The position numbers and the translations under genes are program-made. A stretch of 63,232 nt of DNA, filler included, from Pirum gemmata (taxonomy: Eukaryota), in assembly GCA_002812295.1 (NCBI GenBank). It is 19 parts of 19 records of this genome, joined end to end, with 100 filler letters (N's around TTAATTAATTAA, not from the genome) between each part and the next. Parts side by side here need not be neighbours in the genome. Positions count along the whole stretch, not along the records: positions 1 to 5,426 come from PDIN01004362.1; positions 5,527 to 8,360 come from PDIN01004364.1; positions 8,461 to 12,529 come from PDIN01004365.1; 16 more parts are not named here. One strand, written 5' to 3'. Below the pieces are notes generated by a model that did not search any database, was not told the origin of the DNA, and saw only the letters and a program-made list of their open reading frames with translations. Within the stretch, counting starts at the first letter, position 1; every line of letters starts with the position of its first letter. Of this stretch, positions 1 to 10,932 are shown piece after piece.

Positions 1-265
1 AAAAAAAAAACAAAAAAAAATTTTTTTTTATAAAAAATATAATACATATATTCATATACAAGTATATTTGTATTTATTTTTTATGTATAAAACAATTAAA
101 AAAAAAAAGTTTTTGTTTTTGTTTTTGTTTTTGTTAGTACTACGTACAATAGGTCTCTGTAATACTATCACTATCAAAATCAATAATTATTAATATTATT
201 TTTATCAATAATAATATTAATTAATAAATAATCATAATATAATAATAAATTCATCAACACGCAAC

Positions 266-2266
266 ATGTTCTTCATTAAGAATTTAGCATTTGTGACATT
301 AACGTTGTTGTTCACAACCAACCAAATCAACGCTGGTAGAGATTCTCTTTTAAATAAATTCAAATTAGTATCAGAAAAAGAACTGGCCGCTTTAAATTCA
401 GAACCAACTTTGCCAATAATCAATAGAAATATACCAGACTCACCAGAGCAAATAAGTTTAGCGTTCGCTGGTGACCGTGCTATAACTATAACCTGGTTTA
501 CTCATACTTCTACAAATGGGCAATCAGGAGTATATTATGGAACAACTAAAAATGAATTAAGAAAATCCGAAAAAGGAAAAAGTCAACGTATTTCGAAATC
601 AACTGGCTTTCATCATAGTGTAAAGTTAAACAATTTACAATTTGACACTCAATATTATTATATAGTTCTAGGTAGTAATGAAATCCGTTCTTTCAAAACC
701 GCCCCTGATTATACAATATCTAAAAACTTCAAAGTAGCTGTAATTGGGGATATGGGGTTGAAAGGAAGTGAAGACACCCGCAAATATCTAGAAAGTCATA
801 ATGAAGACACCTCATTTTTGTTGCATTTGGGTGATATTTCTTACGCAGATTTTAGTTTATTAGAATTAAATAAATATGACACTCATTGGAATAACTATAA
901 AAACAGTTTACAATCTATTTCTGCTTCCAAACCATATATGGTTTTACCTGGGAATCACGACATAAGTTGCAATCCTTTACATACAAATCTTTGCCCTGAA
1001 TATCAAAACAATTTTGCTTATTACAATAATCGTTTCACTATGCCTTTTAAAGAAAGCAAAGCTGTAAATAATATGTGGTATAGTTTTACCTATAATCAAA
1101 TCAAATTTATACAAATAAACACAGAGACTGATTTTCCCAACGCACCAAGTCAACCTGGTGGGAGAATGGGGAGTAAACAATTTGGTGATCAATTAACATG
1201 GTTGGAAAATGAATTAAAAAAGTCTGTTCTTGAACGTAATAATGTTCCATGGATTGTAGTCTCGGGTCACCGTCCTTTTTATTCTGTAAACCAGAAAGAG
1301 GAATGTCAGGAATGCCGCGAAGCTTTCGAACAATTATTTATTAATTATGGGGTAGATTTATATTTAAGTGGTCATGTGCACCGATATGAAAGGATGTTCC
1401 CAATGAAAAATGGACAGGTAACCCAAACTGATTATAATGAACCTGAAGCCCCAGTTCATATTATCAGTGGTAACGCTGGTAATATTGGAGGCTTGGATGA
1501 CATCAATTGGCATGATTATAATAATATTGCTGGTTATACAGATGACACCCATACTGGCTTTGGTGAGTTAGAGCTGGTTGACAGCAAAACGCTGCGGTGG
1601 GTTAACCGTAGATCTGACACTGGTGAAGTTATAGATCAAATTGAAATCATAAAAAGTCGTCATCATAGATTTCTTAGTACTAATGTTAACGCAGTAGTTG
1701 CTTCTGATGCCAACCCAAATCGTCAGCAAGCAACCTCAGATAATAAGCCAAAAATGTCAAAAAAGAAAAAAGCCGTAACGGCAGGTTCTGCTATAGTACT
1801 TGTGGGTGGTGCTTTTTTAGCGAAAGGCTTGTATAAAGGCGGTAAAGCTCTTGTTAATATGATTAAAAAAAAGGTAAACTCTCCTAAAAAACCTACCACA
1901 ACAGTAACAACAATAGCAACAACAACGACCATTGCTTTAACTGATAGTACACGTACAATTAATCCAACATTATCAGCATCCCAAACATCAGTAGCAACTC
2001 AAAAAACAGAAGCATCTCAAACATCAGTAGCAACTCAAAAAACAGAAGAAGAAGAAGAAGAAACAACAACTACTACTGTAATTATCACGCAAACGGATAC
2101 ATATGGTAATGAAACTTTAAATATTTCTACTACTGTTTTGAACTTACTTCAAACTGATCAGAATACTGATAATAAGAGTAATAATGGTTTTGTTGCAGCT
2201 GGTGCTCCCGTTGATTTTGTTGCACTTGTTTGTGTGGTTGCTGTTGCGATTGGTGTGGTTTTTTAA
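266..2266 (+). CDS. Purple acid phosphatase (signal peptide, FN3-like N-domain, metallophosphoesterase domain) with a Thr-rich stalk and C-terminal hydrophobic, GPI-like tail
   Basis: Intronless 666-aa ORF. All five PAP metal-ligand blocks occur in order: GDMG, GDISY, GNHD, VSGH, GHVH. The N-domain begins PEQISLA. Both the N-terminus and the C-terminus (FVALVCVVAVAIGVVF) are hydrophobic. Confidence 0.93.
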   Translation: MFFIKNLAFVTLTLLFTTNQINAGRDSLLNKFKLVSEKELAALNSEPTLPIINRNIPDSPEQISLAFAGDRAITITWFTHTSTNGQSGVYYGTTKNELRKSEKGKSQRISKSTGFHHSVKLNNLQFDTQYYYIVLGSNEIRSFKTAPDYTISKNFKVAVIGDMGLKGSEDTRKYLESHNEDTSFLLHLGDISYADFSLLELNKYDTHWNNYKNSLQSISASKPYMVLPGNHDISCNPLHTNLCPEYQNNFAYYNNRFTMPFKESKAVNNMWYSFTYNQIKFIQINTETDFPNAPSQPGGRMGSKQFGDQLTWLENELKKSVLERNNVPWIVVSGHRPFYSVNQKEECQECREAFEQLFINYGVDLYLSGHVHRYERMFPMKNGQVTQTDYNEPEAPVHIISGNAGNIGGLDDINWHDYNNIAGYTDDTHTGFGELELVDSKTLRWVNRRSDTGEVIDQIEIIKSRHHRFLSTNVNAVVASDANPNRQQATSDNKPKMSKKKKAVTAGSAIVLVGGAFLAKGLYKGGKALVNMIKKKVNSPKKPTTTVTTIATTTTIALTDSTRTINPTLSASQTSVATQKTEASQTSVATQKTEEEEEETTTTTVIITQTDTYGNETLNISTTVLNLLQTDQNTDNKSNNGFVAAGAPVDFVALVCVVAVAIGVVF

Positions 2267-2607
2267 TAAGCGTAAATTAAGTAACCATGTTAATGATATT
2301 TCCAATGATGTTGAATTCAAACCAGAGATATAACCAGTGGGAAAAGATTAGAAATTTTAATTAATATAAAAGAACAGGTTTCCAGTTAATAACTTAAATT
2401 AAAGAAGATGTTGTTTATAAACATTTTAACCCGCAACGGTGTTCTATGGTTTTAAAATTAATTTAGCGAAGTTGCAATTTTCAAATATTTAAAAATTTAA
2501 AAAATAATAAAATAAAAATAGAAATAAAAATTATTAAGTAGCAATTATTATGTTTTTTTGAATAAAACGAAGTATATATAATATAGTTAAATTATTTTCT
2601 TATTTTA

Positions 2608-2799
2608 TATCGGTTTTTCAATAGTGTTGTCAAAGCCAAAAACTGAAATAAACGTACAAAATTATTATTATGGTTTACCTATTAAACATGATTTAATTAA
2701 TTTGGTATTTTATACTTCATGTTGTATTTTATAAACAAGTTCAAACTTTAAACAGTACCAAATTAAAGATTGAGGACAACTGTAATGAAATAGACGATA
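2608..2799 (+). mobile_element. MITE family A copy (about 190 bp)
   Basis: Dispersed repeat with imperfect TIR (consensus TA-TCGTGTTTTTCA ... TGAAATAGACGA-TA). About 10 copies in the window. Confidence 0.8.
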
Positions 2800-2881
2800 T
2801 ATTCAAAACAAAACCCCAAAACTAAACATTTTCGCGACAACGATTTAGTTTTAATGANTAGATAATATTATCATATCTAGC

Positions 2882-3022
2882 TAGCGCTTTTTTATTTTGT
2901 CACTCCGAATATTTATTTGGTTTGTTATAATTTTTTAATTGACATTGTTAAATGAATACATGCATAATGAAATAATATACCAAATTAAATGAAATGGATT
3001 TACATTGTATTGATTTGGTACC
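2882..3022 (-). mobile_element. MITE family B, partial copy
   Basis: Matches the family B end ttattttgtcactccgaatatttatttgg and the internal taccaaattaaatgaaatggattt. Confidence 0.7.
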
Positions 3023-3171
3023 CTTTATTATATATATATATACAGCTTTAGAAATTCTCTTGACTAATTTTATTAAAAAGTATACTACTACAATATAATC
3101 GTGTACTATTATTATTATTGATATTATTATTAATATAACAATAAAAAAATGATAATAATGTTAATAGCAAT

Positions 3172-3293
3172 CCTACTACTACTACTACTAATACAAATAC
3201 AACAACTACCACTACTACTACAACTACTGATACTACTACTACTACTACTATAGCTACTACTACTACTACTATAGCTAATACTACTACTACTAT

Positions 3294-3336
<43 letters not shown>

Positions 3337-3827
3337 GTTGCTACTACTACTACTACTACCTACTACTTCTACTACTACCCAGTACTGCTACTACTACTGC
3401 TACTTTGGTGTTTTTCAATAGTGTTGTTTAGTTCAAAAACTGAAATAAACGTACCAAATTATTATTATGGTTAAACTATCAGACATGTTTTAATTAATTT
3501 GGTATTTTATACTTTTAATTAATGTTGTATTTTACAAACAATTTCAATTATACACTTAAACAGTACCAAATTAAAAATTGAGAGGACAGCTATAACAGCT
3601 GTAATGAAATAGACGACACTATTACTAGCATTACTACTACTACTACTACTACAGCTACTACTGCTATACAAGTTACTACTAACACTAATACTACTTCTAC
3701 TATTGCTACTACTACTACTACTACTACCACTACTAATACTATGATACTACTACTACATACTACTACTACTATTACTACTACTACTACTACTACTATTACT
3801 ATTACTACTACTATTACTATTACTACT
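3172..3827. repeat. (CTA)n microsatellite tract interrupted by a MITE-A copy
   Basis: Visible actactact runs on both sides of 3408-3617. Confidence 0.9.
3408..3617 (+). mobile_element. MITE family A copy
   Basis: gtgtttttcaatagtgttgt ... tgtaatgaaatagacga, colinear with 2608-2799. Confidence 0.8.
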
Positions 3828-4114
3828 ATATATAAAATGGTAATGTTTACTCGGAAATTTGTGATCGTATATTATGGCTGCTGACGATTTATTATTAAGT
3901 ATGGGAATAACAAAATGTTTTTTTATGGTCATGAAGATATTAATGTTATATTTATAATATTATATATGTCATTGTTGAGTTGAATAGGCTGTCTAAGTGG
4001 TTTTATGGTGTGGTTTGGTAGTTGGAACCACACTTGTTTTCCATTTGCTGTTGTGGTAACGTTGTGGTGGAAAGGTGTTGGGCGATACTTACGTAGCACT
4101 CCTAGCTACTAGCT

Positions 4115-4385
4115 AGGTGGACCGGGTGGATCCGAGTCCGCCCGGTCCGGCCCTTCGTCCGATAAATAAAAAGCCGGGCCCCGAAAAAAACTTTGATTTC
4201 GTGAATTTTAATAGGGGATTTTTCCCTAACCCTAACCCTAACCCTAACAAGTAACTGTTAATTAGTAAGCATTTTTGGATTTTTATCCGAGAAAAATTTC
4301 GGGCCCGACGTCCGTAAAAATTGCGGACATGTTCGACGTCGGACGGGCATTGAAAAAGTGCCTTGTCCGACGGGCCTTGACATCA
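4115..4385. repeat. GC/CpG-rich island with internal (CCCTAA)4; a 35-bp motif recurs inverted at 11704-11738
   Basis: gacgtcggacgggcattgaaaaagtgccttgtccg near 4335-4369 matches cggacaaagcactttttcaatgtccgcccgacgtc at 11704 in reverse complement. Confidence 0.55.
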
Positions 4386-4833
4386 TCGAATACTGTGATT
4401 CCTAATACACAGCTGCTAATACTAGGCTGCTAATACATTGGATCACTTGGATGTGGCTAATACAGTGGCTAATAGTAATATAACCGCTATACCGACAATA
4501 TCGATTATACCGTACGTGATGTAGGCCTTGGTTGGTTGAAAAAAAAAAAAAAAAAAAAAAAAAAAACTTCCTACTTTCGGGTTTCATTATAATTTATATT
4601 TTTCGAACATTATAAATAACATATTATGTTGAATAGATTTGATATTTTCAAACGTAAATTTAATTTGTAAAAAAAGTAGGACGTTTTTAAAAATGGTCTG
4701 CATCATGTGACTTTTTTTTTTTTTTAATTGTTTTCATCATTTTTTTTGGTAGCGAAATTTTTATTGTCCCACGTCTACTTATTTATGAGCACTTTTAGAG
4801 CCTACGTTATATTGTTAAAAAACGTTACAGACC

Positions 4834-5146
4834 TATCGTGCTTTTCAGTTGTTTTCTCAACATAAAATATACAATAAAGAGTATCAAATTAATACAATTA
4901 AAATCCGTTTAATTTAATTTGGTATATTTTATTATCTATTTATTAATTGAAAAATGTCAATTTAAAGGTTATAACCTACCAAATAAATAATTATTTAGAG
5001 TAACAAAAATAATCTTTAAATTGACATTTTTCAATCAATATATAGATAATAAAATATACCAAATTAAATTAAATGGATTTATATTATATTAATTTGGTAC
5101 TATTTGTTGTATATTTTATTATGACAAACCAACTGAAAAGCACTAT
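4834..5146. mobile_element. Two MITE-B copies joined in inverted orientation (about 310-bp imperfect palindrome)
   Basis: Both outer ends are the same B terminus (tcgtgcttttcagttg / caactgaaaagcact). The arms mirror each other around about 4965-5015. Confidence 0.75.
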
Positions 5147-5279
5147 ACATAAAATTATATTTTAAAACAATGTAATATTCGTTTATCATGTTTTTAAATA
5201 GTGTTGTGAGTCAACTTGTGACTCGTGAGGGAAACCCCGAGAGGGAAAACCCTTTTTTCAAAACTTAGGGAACATAGAG

Positions 5280-5426
5280 TAGGGGTGAGATAGTATTATC
5301 TACTGGAACTTTTTTCGAACAGATGCTTTTATCGAGCCAACCTTAGTTCCATGTTCTTTACTAATAATAGCAGTTAAATAGCTTAAAATAGTAAATCTAA
5401 TTATAGTCTATACCAATTAAAGTAAT
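5280..5426 (+). mobile_element. MITE family C (TAGGGGTGAGAT TIR), truncated by the contig end
   Basis: Colinear with the full copies at 48077-48298 and 49434-49660. Confidence 0.8.
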
Positions 5427-5526
5427 NNNNNNNNNNNNNNNNNNNNNNNNNNNNNNNNNNNNNNNNNNNNTTAATTAATTAANNNNNNNNNNNNNNNNNN
5501 NNNNNNNNNNNNNNNNNNNNNNNNNN
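5427..5526. other. Artificial contig spacer N44-TTAATTAATTAA-N44, first of 18. The 12-mer also lies at about 8405, 12574, 15488, 20242, 23176, 27098, 30059, 32982, 35918, 38849, 42757, 45640, 48582, 51525, 54429, 57389 and 60348.
   Basis: The same 100-nt construct each time. The 12-mer gives stop codons in all six frames. Confidence 0.97.
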
Positions 5527-6035
5527 TTAGGGTTAGGGTTAGGGCTAGGGTTAGGATTAGGGCTAGGGTTAGGATTAGAGTTAGGGGAGTTAGGGTTAGG
5601 GTTAGGGTTAGGGTTAGGGTTAGGGCTAGGGCTAGGGTTAGGATTAGGATTAGGGTTAGGGTTAGGGTTAGGGTTAGGGTTAGGGTCAGGATTATGGTTA
5701 TGGTTATTATTATGGTTACAGTTATGTTTATGGTTATGGTTATGGTTATGGTTATGGTTATAGGGTTATGGCTATAGTTATAGTTATAGTTAAAGTTCTA
5801 GTTATAGTTAATAGTTGTAGTTATGTTATAGTTATAGTTATAGTTATAGTTATAGTTATAGTTATAGTTATAGTTATAGTTATAGTTATTAGTTATAGTT
5901 AAAGTTATAGTTATAGTTATAGTTATATAGTTGTATAGCTATAGTTATAATTGTATAATATAGTTATATAGTTATAGTTTTAGTTATATAGTTATAGTTA
6001 TATAGTTATAGTTATATAGTTATAGTTAGTTATAT
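5527..6035 (+). repeat. (TTAGGG)n grading into (TTATGG)n and then (TTATAG)n
   Basis: Directly visible. The G-strand is on + at the left contig end, which is the wrong polarity for a true left telomere. Confidence 0.92.
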
Positions 6036-6392
6036 AATATAAAAAAATAAAAAAGAAAAAGAACTTGTGTAATGTGATGGTATTGTTTACCGTTGTACTT
6101 CTTAGCTTCTATGTAATAGTAACAACAACGACAACGACGACAACGATGACAACAACAAACAACAATAAACAACAATAAACAACAAATAAACAACAACAGC
6201 AAAAGGATGAAGAATAAGGTTTAGTAAAATTTAGTGTCCGAATTTGTAAATCGAAAAAAAGTAATAAAAAAAATATTAAAACTGTTGTTCATTGATGTAT
6301 TTAAGTTTATATTAAAATATTTCCTTTTTTTTTTTTTTTTTTTATTCATTAATTTTTTTTATTTTGTTTTTTTTTTTTTAAGCAATAATTTT

Positions 6393-7760
6393 TTCTAATT
6401 CGGTATGTTTTATTATATTATGTTTCTAAATAAGCCCAATAAGATACCAAATTAATTTTTTTTATTTATTATATTTTACTATTTATTATGTTTCTAACAA
6501 AATACCAAATTAATAATTTTTGAATAAAACGAGGCTATGAAATTTACATCATAAGGAACAATATTTTCCTAATTAGGTATGTTTATAATATACTATGCTT
6601 CTAAATAAGCTCAACAAGATACCAAATTAATAATTTTGAATAAAATGAAGCGATGGAATTTACATCATAACGGACAGTATTATCCTAATTAGTTATGTTT
6701 ATTATATACTATGTTTCCAAATAAGCTCAACTAGATACCAAATTAGTAATTTTGAATAAAACGAGGTAATGAAATTTACATCATAGGGACAATATTTTCC
6801 TAATTAGGTATGTTTATTATATACTATGTTTCTAAATAAGCTCAACAAGATACCAAATTAATATTTTTTGAATAAAATGAGGTGATGAAATTTACATCAT
6901 AACGGACAATATTTTCCTAATTATGTATGTTTATTAAATAATATGTTTCTAAAGAACAAGATACCAAATTAACAATTTTTGAATAAAACGAGGTGCTGAA
7001 ATTTACATCATAGGGACAATATTTTCATAGGTATGTTTATTATATATTACGTTTCTAAATAAGCCCAACAAGATTAATATTTTTTTGAAGACCGAGGTGA
7101 TGAAATTTACATAATAAAGGATACTATTTTCCTAATTAGGTATGTTTATTGTAAATTACGTTTTTAAATAAGCCCAACAAGATACCAAATTGATATTTTT
7201 TGAATAGAACGTGGTGATGAAATTTACATCATAGGACAATATTTTCCTAATTAGGTATGTTTATTATATACTATGTTTCCAAATAAGCTCAACAAGATAC
7301 CGAATTAATAATTTTGAACAAAACGAGGTGATGAAATTTACATCATAAGGGACAATATTTTCCTAATTAGGTATATTTATTATATATACCAAATTGATAT
7401 TTTTTGAATAGAACGAGGTGATGAAATTTACATCATAGGACAATATTTTCCTAATTAGGTATGTTTATTATATACTGTGTTTCCAAATAAGTTCAACAAG
7501 ATACCAAATTAATAATTTTGAATAAAACGAGGTGATGAAATTTACATCATAAGGGACAGTATTTCCTAATTAGGTATGTTTATTATACACAGTGTTTCCA
7601 AATAAGCTCAACAAGATACCAAATTAATAATTTGAATAAAACAAGGTGATGTGAAATTTACATCATAAGGGACAATATTTTCTTAATTAGGTATGTTTAT
7701 TATATATAACGTTTCTAAATAAGCCCAACAAGGTACCAAATTAATAATTTTTGAAATATG
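6393..7760. repeat. Tandem satellite, about 115-bp unit, about 11 copies
   Basis: The marker aatttacat recurs near 6541, 6657, 6773, 6889, 7000, 7104, 7221, 7334, 7425, 7539 and 7654. Each unit carries cctaattagg, tgatgaaatttacatca and taccaaattaa. Confidence 0.93.
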
Positions 7761-7876
7761 AAAAATTGGTGAAAATAAAATAGAAGAATTGTTATTTATG
7801 TATTTCTTTTTACTTATTTCCTCTGTCTGCCTTTATATTTCGATAATAACCGTGCTTAATAAATAAAACACAAAAG

Positions 7877-7927
7877 TACCAGTCCCAGGCTGTATGAAAC
7901 TACCAACTGATGAAAATACGGCTCCTG
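7877..7927 (+). CDS. Possible isolated 51-nt internal exon (VPVPGCMKLPTDENTAP)
   Basis: Higher-GC open stretch bounded by aaAG and GTtaag, symmetric phase 1. No homology recognised. Confidence 0.25.
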
Positions 7928-7934
7928 GTTAAGA

Positions 7935-8360
7935 GTTAGGGTTAGAGGGTTGCGGTTGAGGTTGCGGTTATTGCGGTTGCTGCAGTTGTGCGGCTGTTGC
8001 GGTTGTTGCGGTTGTTGCGGCTGTTGCGGTTGTGGTTGTGGTTGTGGTTTTTGGAGTTGGTGGTTTTTAGGGTTGTGGGTTTTTGGGGATTGGTGGTTTT
8101 TGTTGGTGGTGTTTGGGGTTGTGGGTTTTTGGGGATTGCTGGTTTTTGTTGATGGTGGTTTTTGCTGTTGGTGGTTTTTTTTTTTTGGTGGTTTTTGTTT
8201 ATGGTTTTGGGGTTGGGTTATGTATACAACAATAAATACCTAATCCAATTGTATAAAAAGTATTCTTAGCCTTTTTTTGTTGCGGTTGTTGCAGTTGTTG
8301 CGGTTGTGGTTGTGGTTGTGGTTTTTGGAGTTGGTGGTTTTTAGGGTTGTGGGTTTTTGG
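7935..8360. repeat. G/T-rich low-complexity tract (TTAGGG start, GTTGCG/GTTGTG arrays), partly duplicated at 8278-8360
   Basis: Directly visible. Confidence 0.8.
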
Positions 8361-8460
8361 NNNNNNNNNNNNNNNNNNNNNNNNNNNNNNNNNNNNNNNN
8401 NNNNTTAATTAATTAANNNNNNNNNNNNNNNNNNNNNNNNNNNNNNNNNNNNNNNNNNNN

Positions 8461-8461
<1 letters not shown>

Positions 8462-8496
<35 letters not shown>

Positions 8497-8927
8497 CCAC
8501 CAACACGACCAACACGACCAACACGACCAACACGACCAACAACAACAACAACATTATCAGTATGAGAATAAGAATGAAGAAAAAAGACAATATAATTACG
8601 TAAAAAATGAAAACAATGATCTAGAAAGGTATTATCATCATGAGCAGCAACAAAAACATAAACACCACCAGCCTCACCACTACTACCAGCACCAGCGTAA
8701 ACATCACCCAGAACAACACTGCGAATATAATCAACAACGTGATAGCCAATATTATGAACATCGTCATCAAAATTCTGAGAACAAACACTATGAAAATAAA
8801 CAGCACAATGATTATCATCACCATCACAAACATGGGGATGATTTTCACCAGCAACAGCAATATCTCCATTCATATCATCAACATGAATCCCATACACCAC
8901 CCCCACAATACCACCACCACCAACATC

Positions 8928-8970
<43 letters not shown>

Positions 8971-9397
8971 TCATCGTCATCATCATCATCAACATGAGCA
9001 ACAACAACACCCACAACAGCATTATAACTATTACCAACATTCAGAGCACTATCCTCAACACCATTATGTAAGTGAGCATGAAATAGATTCATTTAGTAAC
9101 GAACAAAACAGTGATCATTACAATCTCGACGTTAAACAACAAAAAACAATAGCTGGTGCTGCATCATTACCAAATCGATTTAACGAAAAAGGCAAACCCA
9201 AAAAATTTATATTCCGAACTTTTACTTGTGAATTTGATAATTGTGATAGAGCTTATTCAACTGCGCATTCCAGAAGACAACATTATAGACGGCAACACAA
9301 AGAAGAATTGTTACAAAAAAAAATATTACACCAACAGGCCATGAAACAACATAAAGAAGAAAAAGCAAAAAACAAGCAAAGATCACCTTCCCCTTAA
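8462..9397 (+). CDS. 3' part of a Gln/His/Tyr-rich protein with a C-terminal C2H2 zinc finger (putative transcription factor)
   Basis: The frame starting at 8462 is open from the gap to TAA at 9395-9397. Bases 9221-9298 encode FTCEFDNCDRAYSTAHSRRQHYRRQH (C-x4-C-x12-H-x4-H). It is missing from the ORF track because its start lies beyond the gap. Confidence 0.85.
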
Positions 9398-9405
9398 AAT
9401 TGAAA

Positions 9406-9448
<43 letters not shown>

Positions 9449-9941
9449 TAACGTATGATGTAATTATTAAAAATCTAGGTTTCTAATTAGACTTTATTAT
9501 TTTAATATAATATTACATAATATAATATTATATTGTTATTGTTATTTTCCATTTATATAGTATATATAACTGTGTCATTATTAATATTATATATCATTAT
9601 TATTATTATATATAATTATGCAAATGGTTAGACTAGTGCTTCAGTACTTTTTACGTTAGATTGTGCAATATGTTTTTATTTATTTATTAATGATATCATA
9701 TTTTAATTGTAATTGTTGTGACGTGGATATGGTATTTTTTATGAGAATAATGTAAGGATAAAAAAGTTAAATTATGTAAGCATGATTATGGTGATATTTT
9801 AAAATTTGATATAATGTATGAGAGTGATATGATTTGTAAAAAATAAACAATAAAAAATAAAAAAAAAACTTTTATTAGTCTATTATCCTAATCCTAGCTA
9901 CTAAGACTACTAGTTAGCTAAAGCTAAATGTTACAGTTCTC

Positions 9942-10420
9942 TAACCCTAACCCTAAACCCTAAACCCTAACCCTAACCCTAACCCTAACCCTAACCCTAA
10001 CCCTAGCTAGTAGCTAGCTAGCTAGATTGGGGCTAGAACTGGTATAATAAAAACTGTTGTTAGTGGTTATCAAAATTATAGTATCAGTGTTATGGCTAAT
10101 TAACATAGTGCTAGAGACTGTGTTAGATATAGTTCGGGTTAGGGTTTTAACGTTCGGGGGTCGGGGTTATGAGCCCAATACATTTAGAGTTGGTTGAGGT
10201 TATGGCACTAATTTATAATATTTCATCCCTAACTCTAACCCTAACATACACATGAGGGAGTTGGTTGGGGTAAATGACCCTAATACTTCATCCCTAATCT
10301 TAACCCTGTCACCCTAATACTTCTTCCCTTACCCCAACCCTAACATAACCATGAGCCCAATACTTTTAGAGTTGGTTAGGGTTATACCCTAATACTTCTT
10401 CCCTAACCACAACCCTAACA
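9942..10420. repeat. Interstitial (CCCTAA)n followed by a degenerate telomere-like minisatellite
   Basis: Near-pure array at 9942-10004. Repeated ccctaatacttc and atgagcccaatac units at 10169-10420. Confidence 0.8.
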
Positions 10421-10868
10421 CCTATTAAACATACATACGCATAAATTTTTTATGGAGATCTAGATTCTAGACCCCCCGGTCTAGTCTAATTCAAAAAAAT
10501 AAATGCACTTTTTTTTTTAACAAAGTTCACGTTACAGTTAATATGGACTAATTCTACTCCCAATCAAACATGCTTAATCCACGAACAGGATTTCCCAAAG
10601 AGGCCAAGAGCCATATATCTAAAAATAATCACCAATCCTGTTTAATTATACATTAATATTCGGGTTCACCCCGCCTTTATGGATATTTCTAGAGGGATAT
10701 CTTTTCTAGACCCTATTACAGACCTCTATTATCTGCATTATACGATATTATATTATACATTTGCACGACTGAAGTATGTTCATTAGTTGATCACTTATTT
10801 CAAAGAGTTTATCAATAAGCCATATATAGGACTGTTCTTCCTAGTTAGGTTGCTACTCGCTAGAATTT

Positions 10869-10932
<64 letters not shown>

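Noticed and set aside
5471..5482. Recurrent TTAATTAATTAA as a biological motif
   Set aside because: It is always centred in exactly 44+44 N, so it is an artificial six-frame-stop linker.
6393..7760. CRISPR-like array
   Set aside because: The whole unit is repeated with no unique spacers. No cas genes, and the context is eukaryotic.
8409..9092. ORF-track proteins 8409-9092 (-), 8640-9071 (+) and 8621-8869 (-)
   Set aside because: They are shadow frames of the C2H2 gene in the third + frame.
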